Made by a program: the position numbers and the translations under genes. 64,000 bases of DNA from Actinomycetota bacterium (GTDB lineage Bacteria > Actinomycetota > AC-67), in the NCBI GenBank assembly GCA_046713235.1, contig JBKKBZ010000125.1:6573-70572 (forward strand). The letters run 5' to 3'. Below the pieces are notes generated by a model. That model had not been told where the DNA came from, did no database searches, and saw only the letters and a program-made list of their open reading frames with translations. Positions 39,696 to 49,999 of this stretch are shown in pieces. The first letter of the stretch is position 1; each line of letters starts with the position of its first letter.

Positions 39696-42600
39696 GTGAT
39701 CTGCGAAAGCTGCGGCCGCCCAAACGACGACGACGCCCGGTTCTGCAGCGGGTGCGGCAACCGGCTGGAGCCGGCCGTCTCGGCGCCGGCGCATCCACCG
39801 GGCGAGCTGCGATCCGGCGATCCCCGCCAGATCGCCGGCGGCCGCTACGAAGTCGTGTCCTTCCTGGGAGAAGGCGGCCGCAAGCGCGTCTACCGCGCGA
39901 GCGACATCCGGCTGGACAGGGACGTGGCCGTGGCGATTGTGAAGATGGAGGGCCTCGACGAGCAGGCCCGTCTCCGCGTCGAGCGGGAAGCCCGGGCAAT
40001 GGGCCGCCTCGGCGACCATCCGAACATCGTTACCGTGCACGACATCGGCGATGAAGACGGCCGGCCTTACATCGTCAGCCAGTTCATGGCCGGAGGGTCG
40101 GTCGCCGAGCTGCTCGACCGTTCGGCCGACCGGCGTCTTTCGGTGCCCGAGGCCGGGCGAATTGCACGGGATCTGTGTCTTGCCCTGGAGCACGCGCACG
40201 CACGCGGAGTGGTCCACCGCGACGTGAAACCGGCCAACGTCTGGCTGACCGACGACGGTGCCGTAAAGCTCGGGGACTTCGGTCTGGCTTCGGCGGCCGA
40301 GCAATCGAAGATCACCATCGAAGGCATGATGCTGGGCACGGTCTCCTACATGTCCCCGGAACAGGCTCTCGGCCGGCCGGCCGACGCACGGAGCGACGTT
40401 TACTCTCTGGGAGCCGTTCTCTACGAGATGCTTTGCGGCCGTCCGCCGTTCCTCGGCGACGACGTCGTATCGATCATCTCTCAGCACCTGAACACCGTGC
40501 CCGTCGCCCCCACGTGGCACAACCCCGACGTACCGGCGGCCCTAGAGGAGCTTGTTCTTCGCATGCTGGCCAAGGCACCCGACGACAGACCGGAGTCGGC
40601 CACGAAGGTGCGCGAAGCGCTAGACATCATCTCCGCCGCGACCACGGAGACGCGGATCGACCTCGGCGAAGCCAATCCGCTAGACCGGCTGGCCGGGGGC
40701 ATTTTTGTCGGGCGGGAGCGCGAGATGGAGGAGCTTCGCGCGAGCGTGGACTCTGCGCAGGGCGGTCACGGACGGCTGGTCCTGCTGGTCGGGGAGCCCG
40801 GGATCGGAAAGACGCGAACCGCCGACGAGGTGGCCACCTACGCGCGGCTCCGGGGCATGCAGATCCTCGTCGGACGTTGCTACGAAGGCGAGGGCGCGCC
40901 CGCCTTCTGGCCCTGGGTTCAGGTGATCCGCTCGTACGTCATGGAGCGCGACCCGGCCCTTCTCGCGGGGGAGATGGGGACGGGGGCGGCCGACATCGCC
41001 CAGGTCGTGTCGGAGATTCGCGAACGGCTCCCGGATCTGCCTCCTCCCTTGCAGATGGAGCCGGAACAGGCACGCTTCCGGCTATTCGATTCGGTGACGA
41101 CCTTCCTCAAGAACGCCTCTCGCGGAAGACCGCTGATGCTCGTCCTCGACGACCTTCACTGGGCGGACAAGCCTTCGCTCCTGCTGTTGCAGTTTCTCAC
41201 GCGAGAGCTGCGCACGACGCGCATTCTCGTCATCGGCACCTACCGCGACGTCGAGCTGGGGCGTCACCATCCGCTTGCCCGAACGATCGCCGACCTTGCT
41301 CGCGAGCACGTTGCGGAGCGCGTTTCGCTGAGCGGGCTCGGCTACGACGACGTAGCCCGCTACATCGAGATGACGGCCGGAATCACGCCTCCCAAGTCGC
41401 TGGTGACCGCGGTGCATCGCGAGACGGAGGGCAACCCGTTCTTTCTCGCCGAGGTCGTCAGGCTGCTGGCAAGCGAGGGCCGTCTTCAGCGACCGGACCA
41501 GATCGCGACGTGGAGCGTTACGATTCCTCAAGGCGTCCGGGAAGTCGTCGGTCGCCGGCTCGACCATCTCTCGCCCGAGTGCAACGAGGTCCTCACGGTG
41601 GCTTCTGTGGTTGGGCGAGACTTCACGCTTGCGGTTCTCGAGCGATTGCTCGAGAAGCCGGCGGATCGGCTCCTGGAGCTTCTCGACGAGGCGGTGCAGG
41701 CCCGGCTGGTCACGGAGACCCCCGGCATCGGCGGGGCACGATACCGGTTCGCTCACGCCCTTGTTCGAGAAACGCTGTACGAGGAGCTCAGCGCGGCCAG
41801 GCGACTGCGGCTGCACCGAACAATCGGCGAGGTTCTGGAGGTGCTGTACGCCGAAAATCTCGAGAGGCATCTCGACGAGCTTGCCTATCACTTTTTCGAG
41901 GCCGGCTACGCTGGTGAGGCCGACAAGTCCATCGATTACCTCGTGCGCGCAGGACGCCACTCGGTAGAGCTTCTAGCCTACGAGGAGGCGGCCGGACACT
42001 TCGACCGAGCGCTGCAAGCGCTCGAGCTTTATGAGCAGGTAGACCAGGAGCGGCGCTGTGAGCTCCTGCTGGCCCTCGGGGACGCTCAATGGCGTTCCGG
42101 CGAGATCGTCAAGGCCCGTGCCTCGTGTCAGACGGCGGCATCGATCGCCCGCCCCCTGGGTCGTACCGACCTGATCGCGCGCGCGGCGCTTGGATTCGCC
42201 ATCGGGATGGAGTTCGGACGGGTCGACGAGGAGGCTGTGGCGCTGCTCGACGAGGCTCATCACGCGCTCCAAGACGAGGAATCGACGCTCGCGGTACGGG
42301 TCGCGTCGGCGCTGGCTCGTGCCCTCTTCTTCGAGGAATCGCTGGAGCGGCCGACTGCGCTGGCCCGGCGGGCCGTCGACATCGCGCGGGGCGTCGGCGA
42401 CCCGCTGACGCTTGCCTCAGCCCTCGACACGCTCACCTACCTGGAATGGGGTCCCGACAGCATCGAAGACCGGCTCGTTCGTTCGGTCGAGATGTTGCAT
42501 CTCGCCGAACAGGCCGGCAGCAAAGAGCTGATGCTCGAGGCATACATGGCGCGGATGATCGCCGCGCTGGAGATTGGAGACGTCCAGACCGTCGACCGGT

Positions 42601-44012
42601 CGATCGCGGCCTACTCGGGCATCGCCGAAGAGCTTCGACGGCCCCTCTATCTGCTGTATGCGCTGTCTCGCCGGGCCATGCGCGCCCTGATGTCGGGGCG
42701 GTTCGACGAAGCATTCGATCTCTCCCGGCAGGCTCGCGATCTCGGGAACCGGGCCGGCGAGCCGGATGCCGAGCTCGTGTTCGGGTCGCAATCGTTTTTT
42801 CTCGGCGGCGAACGAGGGGACCGCGAGCTTGTCAAGGAGGCGACCGACGGCTGGGAGGAGTACCTAGGGCGAGTGTCCAAGACGAATCGCATCGCCCACA
42901 CCTGGCTCTGGCTCGGCAAAGTGATGCTGGATGAGGTCGAGTTCGTTCGCGAGCGGTACGAGGCCACGCCGGATGCGGATATCTTCGAATCTCGCCGGGA
43001 CCTTCAGTGGATGGGGGCGATGACGGCGGTCGCGGTGGTCGCGACGGTGCTCGGTGACGCGCGGAGGGCGTCGCTGCTCTACGATCTGCTGCTTCCCTAC
43101 GAGTCGCGGGTGGCCGTCGCCGGTGGTGCGGTGATCTGTCTCGGACCCGTCGCGATGTACCTGGGCGCGCTGGCGCTGACGACGGGCAAGCTCGATGAGT
43201 CCATCCGTCACCTCGAGGCCTCCGAGAAGCTGGCTCAATCCATGCAATCGACGCCGTTCGTCGCGCGAACGCGTCTCTATCTCGCCCGGTCGCTGCTCGC
43301 TCGAGATGCCGGCGAGGACCGGCAGCGGTCGCTGGAGGTCCTCTCGCGGTGTTTGGCCTCGGCGCGAGAGATGGGGATGAGCCGGCTGCTCGAGCAGGCA
43401 CTGGCGGTGCGCCTGGAGGCGCAGGGCCTGTCGTCCACCGACGTCTTGAGTTCGATCGATTCGGTGGCCTCGGCCGTGGAGCGAGAGCGGCCGGATCTCA
43501 GCATCGGCGGCGACGGCACCGTCACGATTCTTTTCACCGATATCGAGAACTCGACCCAACTTACGGAGCAGGTCGGCGACGAGCCCTGGTTACACATGCT
43601 GCGAACCCACAATGGGATCGTTCGCGAGCAGGTTCGTGCTTATCTGGGGAACGAGGTGAAGTCCCTGGGCGACGGGTTCATGATCACATTCTCGGAGCCC
43701 CGGCGCGCGCTGGAATGCGCGGTGGCCGTCCAGCGGCGGCTTTCCGCTCACGGCCGCGAGCATCCGGACGAGGCCATCCGGGTCAGGATCGGGTTGCATA
43801 CCGGTGAAGCAATCGCCGTCGAGGGAGACTTCTACGGCAAGCACGTCAATCTCGCTGCGCGCGTTGCCGGTGCTGCGAACGGGGGCGAGATCCTCATCAC
43901 CGCAGAGACATGGTCGCGACTCGGCGACGAGTTCGAGATCGAGAGCGAACGAACGGTTACCCTCAAGGGCATTACCGGTGAACAGCAGGTTGTCGCCGTC
44001 GCATGGGATTGA
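39696..44012 (+). CDS. Multidomain signalling protein: zinc-ribbon + Ser/Thr protein kinase + STAND/AAA NTPase + TPR repeats + C-terminal class III adenylyl/guanylyl cyclase
   Basis: GTG start. The N-terminus is CESCGRPN...CSGCGN. Kinase motifs are present (VAIVK, HRDVKPAN, DFG, SPE). The ATPase has Walker A GEPGIGKT and Walker B LMLVLDDLHWAD, followed by ~600 aa of TPR/alpha-solenoid. The cyclase domain carries FTDIENST...GDGFMITF...HVNLAARV. Confidence 0.85.
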   Translation: MICESCGRPNDDDARFCSGCGNRLEPAVSAPAHPPGELRSGDPRQIAGGRYEVVSFLGEGGRKRVYRASDIRLDRDVAVAIVKMEGLDEQARLRVEREARAMGRLGDHPNIVTVHDIGDEDGRPYIVSQFMAGGSVAELLDRSADRRLSVPEAGRIARDLCLALEHAHARGVVHRDVKPANVWLTDDGAVKLGDFGLASAAEQSKITIEGMMLGTVSYMSPEQALGRPADARSDVYSLGAVLYEMLCGRPPFLGDDVVSIISQHLNTVPVAPTWHNPDVPAALEELVLRMLAKAPDDRPESATKVREALDIISAATTETRIDLGEANPLDRLAGGIFVGREREMEELRASVDSAQGGHGRLVLLVGEPGIGKTRTADEVATYARLRGMQILVGRCYEGEGAPAFWPWVQVIRSYVMERDPALLAGEMGTGAADIAQVVSEIRERLPDLPPPLQMEPEQARFRLFDSVTTFLKNASRGRPLMLVLDDLHWADKPSLLLLQFLTRELRTTRILVIGTYRDVELGRHHPLARTIADLAREHVAERVSLSGLGYDDVARYIEMTAGITPPKSLVTAVHRETEGNPFFLAEVVRLLASEGRLQRPDQIATWSVTIPQGVREVVGRRLDHLSPECNEVLTVASVVGRDFTLAVLERLLEKPADRLLELLDEAVQARLVTETPGIGGARYRFAHALVRETLYEELSAARRLRLHRTIGEVLEVLYAENLERHLDELAYHFFEAGYAGEADKSIDYLVRAGRHSVELLAYEEAAGHFDRALQALELYEQVDQERRCELLLALGDAQWRSGEIVKARASCQTAASIARPLGRTDLIARAALGFAIGMEFGRVDEEAVALLDEAHHALQDEESTLAVRVASALARALFFEESLERPTALARRAVDIARGVGDPLTLASALDTLTYLEWGPDSIEDRLVRSVEMLHLAEQAGSKELMLEAYMARMIAALEIGDVQTVDRSIAAYSGIAEELRRPLYLLYALSRRAMRALMSGRFDEAFDLSRQARDLGNRAGEPDAELVFGSQSFFLGGERGDRELVKEATDGWEEYLGRVSKTNRIAHTWLWLGKVMLDEVEFVRERYEATPDADIFESRRDLQWMGAMTAVAVVATVLGDARRASLLYDLLLPYESRVAVAGGAVICLGPVAMYLGALALTTGKLDESIRHLEASEKLAQSMQSTPFVARTRLYLARSLLARDAGEDRQRSLEVLSRCLASAREMGMSRLLEQALAVRLEAQGLSSTDVLSSIDSVASAVERERPDLSIGGDGTVTILFTDIENSTQLTEQVGDEPWLHMLRTHNGIVREQVRAYLGNEVKSLGDGFMITFSEPRRALECAVAVQRRLSAHGREHPDEAIRVRIGLHTGEAIAVEGDFYGKHVNLAARVAGAANGGEILITAETWSRLGDEFEIESERTVTLKGITGEQQVVAVAWD

Positions 44013-44067
44013 GGGGCCCCCGGCCGAGGGTTAGGATTCGTCGCCGAGGGGCCGGCGAGGAGGTTGG

Positions 44068-44349
44068 GTGAAGGTTCGTCAAAGGCTGGCTGCTCTCAGC
44101 GGAGAGATTGCCGGGGCGCAGACGAACGCTCGCATTCTCGAAGAGCAGCTTGCCTACCTCGACGAGCTGGCAGAGGACGCGCGGATTCGCGCCCTGGTCT
44201 CGGAGACTCCGCTGGCCCACCGGGAGCACCGGGAGGCCCAAGACGACGCCGACCGCGCGCGCCGTTCGCTCGGCGACGCGCAGGAGCGCGTCGCCGAGCT
44301 CCGGACAGAACAGGATCGTCTGCTCGAGCGCCTTCTCGAATCGGGCTGA
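44068..44349 (+). CDS. Small coiled-coil hypothetical protein
   Basis: 93 aa, heptad-rich and acidic/Arg-rich. GTG start with the RBS GGAGG. Confidence 0.4.
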   Translation: MKVRQRLAALSGEIAGAQTNARILEEQLAYLDELAEDARIRALVSETPLAHREHREAQDDADRARRSLGDAQERVAELRTEQDRLLERLLESG

Positions 44350-44382
44350 AGACAGGGAGCCACGCCGCTAGACTGCCGGGCA

Positions 44383-44967
44383 ATGAGTCATCGCCCCAGG
44401 GTCCTCGTGGCAGAGGACGAGACGATCATCCGCATGGATCTGCGTGAGATGCTCGAGGAAGAGGGATACGAGGTGCTCGAGGCGACCGACGGCGAGGCCG
44501 CCGTTCGCATCGCTCGGGAAGAGCGGCCGGACTTGGTGATCCTAGACATCAAGATGCCCTTGGTCGACGGGCTGTCGGCCGCAGGGGCCATCACCGCCGA
44601 ACGCATCGCGCCGGTGCTCATCCTCACGGCCTACTCTCAGCGGGATCTGGTCGAGCGCGCGTCCGAAGCCGGGGCGATGGGATACCTAGTCAAGCCGTTC
44701 CAGAAACATGACCTCCTGCCGGCGATCGAGATCGTGAAGGGTCGTTATCTGCAGCTCGCGGCCCTCGAAGAGGAGGTCGGCGATCTTACGGAACGGCTCG
44801 AATCGCGGAAGACCATCGACCGGGCAAAGGGGCTCCTGATGGACCGGTATGCCCTCTCTGAGGGCGATGCCTATCGATTCCTGCAGCGTGCCGCCATGGA
44901 ACGCCGGCTCGACATGCGGGATGTGGCGGAGGCCGTCATTCGAGGGACGTTCGAGGCCACGCCTTGA
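44383..44967 (+). CDS. ANTAR-domain response regulator (PdtaR/AmiR-like): REC + ANTAR
   Basis: REC domain with the phospho-acceptor region (LVILDIKMP) and K (YLVKP). The C-terminal ANTAR coiled-coil plus helix reads RKTIDRAKGLLMDRYALSEGDAYRFLQRAAMERRLDMRDVAEAV. Confidence 0.85.
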   Translation: MSHRPRVLVAEDETIIRMDLREMLEEEGYEVLEATDGEAAVRIAREERPDLVILDIKMPLVDGLSAAGAITAERIAPVLILTAYSQRDLVERASEAGAMGYLVKPFQKHDLLPAIEIVKGRYLQLAALEEEVGDLTERLESRKTIDRAKGLLMDRYALSEGDAYRFLQRAAMERRLDMRDVAEAVIRGTFEATP

Positions 44968-45116
44968 CTCTACCCGGGCGAACAATCCACATTTGCCCCT
45001 TGGGTCTGGCCGCGCTCCCGGCGATTTACGATATTCCGTTGTAGCCTGGTTGCGGCCCGGCGGAGGTCGCCGCGAAGCTGGAAAACGACCGCGAAGCGTG
45101 TGGTGAAGGAGGCAGG

Positions 45117-46301
45117 ATGAGATCGAAGAGGTTGGTGGTGCTGTCGTTGCTGGTGATTCTCGCCATGGTCGGCGCAGCTTGCGGCGGCGACGACTCGAGC
45201 CAAGGTGGCAAGAAGACCCTCAAGCTCGTGTACATGGGGGCCTTGACCGGGAGTCTTTCGCAACTGGTGCTGCCCGGCCTGAATGCATCGAAGCTGGCGG
45301 TCGAGGAGCTAAACGCCAAGGGCGATCTGCCGATCAGGCTCGAGGTCGAGGAACAGGACACACAGGCGGACAAGAACAAGGCCGCGACGATTGCCCAGGG
45401 GCTGAAGGACCGAAACGATGTCCTGGCCGTTCTCGGACCGGCGTTCAGCGGCGAATCACAAACGACCGGGAACGTGCTGGACCCGGCCGGGATCCTTCGG
45501 GTCACCGGTTCGGCGACGAACCCACCGCTTGCGAAGAACAACTGGAAGTATTGGTTCCGTACCCTCGGTAACGACGACACGCAGGGTGGGGCTACCGACG
45601 ATGCCATCATCAAATATCTGAAGAAGACGAAGGTTTTCGTCGGTCACGACAAGACCCAGTACGGAGAAGGACTGGCAACAATCGTCCGCGATGCGGTGAA
45701 GGGAAGCGGCGGTCAGATCGTCGGGTTCGAAGCGTCAGACCCAGGAAAGAAGGACTACAGCGCGTTGACGAGCAAGGTCGTCGTCTCCAATCCCGATGTG
45801 TTCTTCTGGGGAGGCTACTCGCCTGAGGCGATCCTCATCGTCAAGAGCCTGCGAGACAAGGGATACAAGGGCATCTTCATGGGGGCCGACGGGAGCAAGG
45901 ACGATTCATTCCTTCAGAAAGCAGGCGCCGCAGCCGAGGGCGCGTACCTGACGTGTCCGTGCGACGACCCCGCGACGTCGACCGACGAGACGGTGAAGAA
46001 GTTCGTCACGGCGTTCAAGGCAAAGTACAACAAGGATCCCGGCATTTACGCGGGTGAGTACTTCGACTCGGTCAATCTGATCGGTGACGCGGTGAAGCGC
46101 GTCGGAAGCTACGACGGCAACATCAAGAAGTTCCGCGACGCCGTCCGCGACGCGATCAAGTCCACGAACTACAAGGGCGTGACCAAGCAGTTCGCGTTCC
46201 AGCCGGATGGAGAGTTGAACGCTACGGTGATCGAGACGTTCCTGTTCCAGGTGAAAGATGGCAAGTACGTCAGGCTCGGCAAGGTGAGCGAGCTGAGCTG
46301 A
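45117..46301 (+). CDS. Branched-chain amino acid ABC transporter substrate-binding lipoprotein (LivK/LivJ family)
   Basis: Signal peptide plus lipobox (VGAACGG). Periplasmic binding protein type I fold. Confidence 0.85.
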   Translation: MRSKRLVVLSLLVILAMVGAACGGDDSSQGGKKTLKLVYMGALTGSLSQLVLPGLNASKLAVEELNAKGDLPIRLEVEEQDTQADKNKAATIAQGLKDRNDVLAVLGPAFSGESQTTGNVLDPAGILRVTGSATNPPLAKNNWKYWFRTLGNDDTQGGATDDAIIKYLKKTKVFVGHDKTQYGEGLATIVRDAVKGSGGQIVGFEASDPGKKDYSALTSKVVVSNPDVFFWGGYSPEAILIVKSLRDKGYKGIFMGADGSKDDSFLQKAGAAAEGAYLTCPCDDPATSTDETVKKFVTAFKAKYNKDPGIYAGEYFDSVNLIGDAVKRVGSYDGNIKKFRDAVRDAIKSTNYKGVTKQFAFQPDGELNATVIETFLFQVKDGKYVRLGKVSELS

Positions 46302-46416
46302 TAGATTCGGATGGGAGCCGGATGGGGGCGAGGAAACTCGCCCCCATCGCAATGAAGAAGCCCGCAGGACGAGAGCGGACGTAAGGCGCAGGCGGTAGAG
46401 GGGGTAGGGAACCGGC

Positions 46417-47382
46417 GTGCCCGAGTGCTTGCAAACGGGGTTCTGGCCCCACACTTTCGACGGCCTGACCCTGGGTTCGATCTACGCGATGATCGCGCTC
46501 GGGTACACGATGGTGTACGGGGTCCTGCAGCTCATCAACTTTGCCCACTCCGAAGTCTTCATGATCGGATCCTTTCTCGGTCTGTACTTCACGCGGTTCG
46601 CCGTTGAGAGCCTCGGCGTCCCCGAGCCTGCCGCCGGCCTGACGCTCGTAGCCGTCATTTTCGGCGCTCTCGTCGTGTCGATGGTCGGGTCCGGGCTGGT
46701 TGCAGTGGGCCTGGAGCGCGTCGCCTACCGGCCGTTGCGAAAGCGCGGCGCTCCGCGCCTCGCGTTTCTCATCACGGCGATCGGCGCTTCGCTGTTTCTG
46801 TCGAATCTCTTCCTCGTGCGCCTGCCGTTTCTCGGCTGGACGCTCGGTGGACCCGAACAGATCACCTATCCAGAGATCCTCGAACGACAGGTTCTGCTCA
46901 CGGCCTTCGGCTACGGGATCTCGAACAAGCAGGTGCTGATCGTGGTCACGATGATCGTCATGTACATAATCCTCGATCGATTTGTGACGCGGACGCGGCT
47001 CGGCAAGGGAATCCGGGCGGTCGCACAGGATCCGGAGACGGCACAGCTCATGGGGGTAGACCTGAACCGAGTCATCACGATCACGTTCCTGACGGGCGGC
47101 CTAATGGCCGGCGCGGCGGGCTTGCTGTATGGGTTGTTCTTCGGTCAGTCGCAGTTCGACATAGGTTTCATCCCGGGGATCAAGGCGTTCACCGCAGCCG
47201 TTCTCGGGGGCATTGGAAACATCCACGGTGCCTTGCTCGGCGGGTTGCTCCTCGGGTTGTTCGAGAACCTGGGCGTCACATGCATTGGGACTCACTGGCA
47301 GGACGTCATCGCCTTTCTCATCTTGGTTGCCGTGCTCATGTTCCGGCCCAGCGGAATCCTCGGAGAGCAGGTGCGCGCATGA
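46417..47382 (+). CDS. livH: Branched-chain amino acid ABC transporter permease LivH
   Basis: Polytopic membrane protein of the LivH family. Confidence 0.85.
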   Translation: MPECLQTGFWPHTFDGLTLGSIYAMIALGYTMVYGVLQLINFAHSEVFMIGSFLGLYFTRFAVESLGVPEPAAGLTLVAVIFGALVVSMVGSGLVAVGLERVAYRPLRKRGAPRLAFLITAIGASLFLSNLFLVRLPFLGWTLGGPEQITYPEILERQVLLTAFGYGISNKQVLIVVTMIVMYIILDRFVTRTRLGKGIRAVAQDPETAQLMGVDLNRVITITFLTGGLMAGAAGLLYGLFFGQSQFDIGFIPGIKAFTAAVLGGIGNIHGALLGGLLLGLFENLGVTCIGTHWQDVIAFLILVAVLMFRPSGILGEQVRA

Positions 47383-48492
47383 TCGACCGCGCGCGACTCG
47401 CCCTGACCAAGCCGGCGTGGCGGTGGGCTGCCATCGCCGTCGCGATCGCAGCCGCCATCGCCCTGCCGTTGCCGCTCGACTCCTTTTGGCAGAACCTGCT
47501 GGTCGACACCCTCCTGTTCGTGCTCCTCGCGCTCGGACTCAACGTCGTTGTCGGGTTCGCCGGTTTGCTCGACCTCGGGTTCGTCGCCTTCTACGCCATC
47601 GGGCACTACGCCTACGCCATTCCCACCGCCGGAGAGTTCTCGAAGGCACTGATCCTGCGAGGGGGGCGCAACGTCCCGCCGCCGCCGATGTGGGAGAACT
47701 GGATGTGGCTCTTGTTCTTCGGGGCCATCGCTGCCGCGATGCTCACCGGTGTCGTGCTAGGAGGCCCCACGTTGCGGCTGCGGGGGGATTACCTAGCCAT
47801 CGTTACACTTGGATTCGGTGAGATCGTGCGTCTCGCCGCGCGGAACTTCGACACGGTCACCCTGGGTTCGCGTGGGATCGTGCAGGTACCGCACCCCGAG
47901 ATCGACGTCGGACCGCTGAATTACCGTTTCGGGATCGATTGGCAGGGGTACTACTACCTTCTGCTTCTGCTGACCATCGTCATGATCGTGGCAGTCGTCC
48001 GTCTGAACCACTCCCGCATCGGCCGTGCCTGGCACGCCATCCGTGAGGACGAGCTCGCCGCATCCACGATGGGCGTGCCTACGGTACGGATGAAACTATG
48101 GGCGTTCGCCATCGGTGCGTCTACGGCCGGCGTCGCGGGCGCGGTTCAGGCGAGCCGGATCGCGTTCGTGAGCCCCGATGAGTTCACCTTGCTTATCTCG
48201 ATCTTCATCCTGTCTATGGTGGTGCTGGGAGGCATGGGCAGCATCGCAGGTTCGATCGTCGGAGCGGCCGTCATCACCATGGCGCCGGAGTACATCCGGA
48301 CCCGAAGCCAGGAGTTCCAGAGCTATCGCTTCCTCCTTTTCGGAGCGGTTCTCGTTCTGATGATGATCTACCGGCCGCAGGGCCTGATCCCCAGCCGGCG
48401 CCGGGCCATCGAACTCAAGGGGGAGGCCCGGGAGGGCACCGTGTACGAAGCGCAGGTGGCGCCTCAGACGACGACGACTGAAGGAGGGTCGG

Positions 48493-48515
<23 letters not shown>
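47379..48515 (+). CDS. livM: Branched-chain amino acid ABC transporter permease LivM
   Basis: An ATG at 47379 overlaps the livH stop as ATGA. LivM-family membrane protein. Confidence 0.85.
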
Positions 48516-49274
<759 letters not shown>

Positions 49275-49275
<1 letters not shown>

Positions 49276-49997
49276 TGGCGCTCCTAGAGCTTCGCGAAGT
49301 GCGGGTTCGCTACGGCGCCATCGAGGCCGTGAAGGGAATCTCCATCGCGGTGGACCAAGGAGAGATCGTCACCCTGATCGGAGGAAACGGCGCCGGGAAG
49401 ACCACCACGCTCAAGACGATTTCCGGCGTGCTCCGCGCCGTGTCCGGTGAGATCAGCTTTCGCAGGGAGCGGATCGATCGCCGCCCGGCTCACGAGATCG
49501 TGGAAAGGGGAATCTCTCAGGCGCCGGAGGGGCGGCGCATCTTCCCCCGCATGTCCGTCCGGGACAACCTGGATATGGGCGGCTACGTCCGGCGGGACAC
49601 CGCTGCTCTCGGGAAAGACCTCGAGCGCGTGTTCGGCCTGTTTCCGATTCTCAAGGAACGCCTGCACCAGCCGGGCGGGACGCTCTCGGGAGGGGAGCAG
49701 CAGATGCTGGCCATCGGACGGGCGCTCATGGCGAGGCCCGAGCTACTGCTGCTCGACGAGCCGTCGATGGGGCTCGCGCCCATGTTCGTCGACCGGATCT
49801 TCGAGATAATCAAGGAAATCAACAGTCAGGGGACGACGATCCTGCTCATCGAGCAGAATGCCCAGATGGCGCTGCAGAGCGCAGCGCGCGGTTACGTGAT
49901 CGAATCGGGCGAGATCGTCTTGGAGGACCGTGCGTCAAGCCTGCTCACCGACGAGAGAGTCCGTCGCGCATATCTCGGCGAGACCGAGGGAGGTTGA
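49275..49997 (+). CDS. livF: Branched-chain amino acid ABC transporter ATP-binding protein LivF
   Basis: A GTG overlaps the livG stop as TAGTG. Walker A GGNGAGKTT, ABC signature LSGGEQQM, Walker B LLLLDEPS. Confidence 0.9.
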
Positions 49998-49999
49998 TC

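Noticed and set aside
40175-41917. 580-aa +strand ORF in an alternate frame inside the kinase-STAND-cyclase gene
   Set aside because: It lies entirely within the strongly supported 39696..44012 frame and is Arg/Gly-rich low complexity, so it is a GC-frame artefact.
44968-45116. Canonical ANTAR-target dual hexaloop (A1/G4) hairpins in the livK leader
   Set aside because: Scanning by eye found no stem-loop pair satisfying the A-x-x-G hexaloop rule. It is left as a hypothesis needing a covariance-model search.
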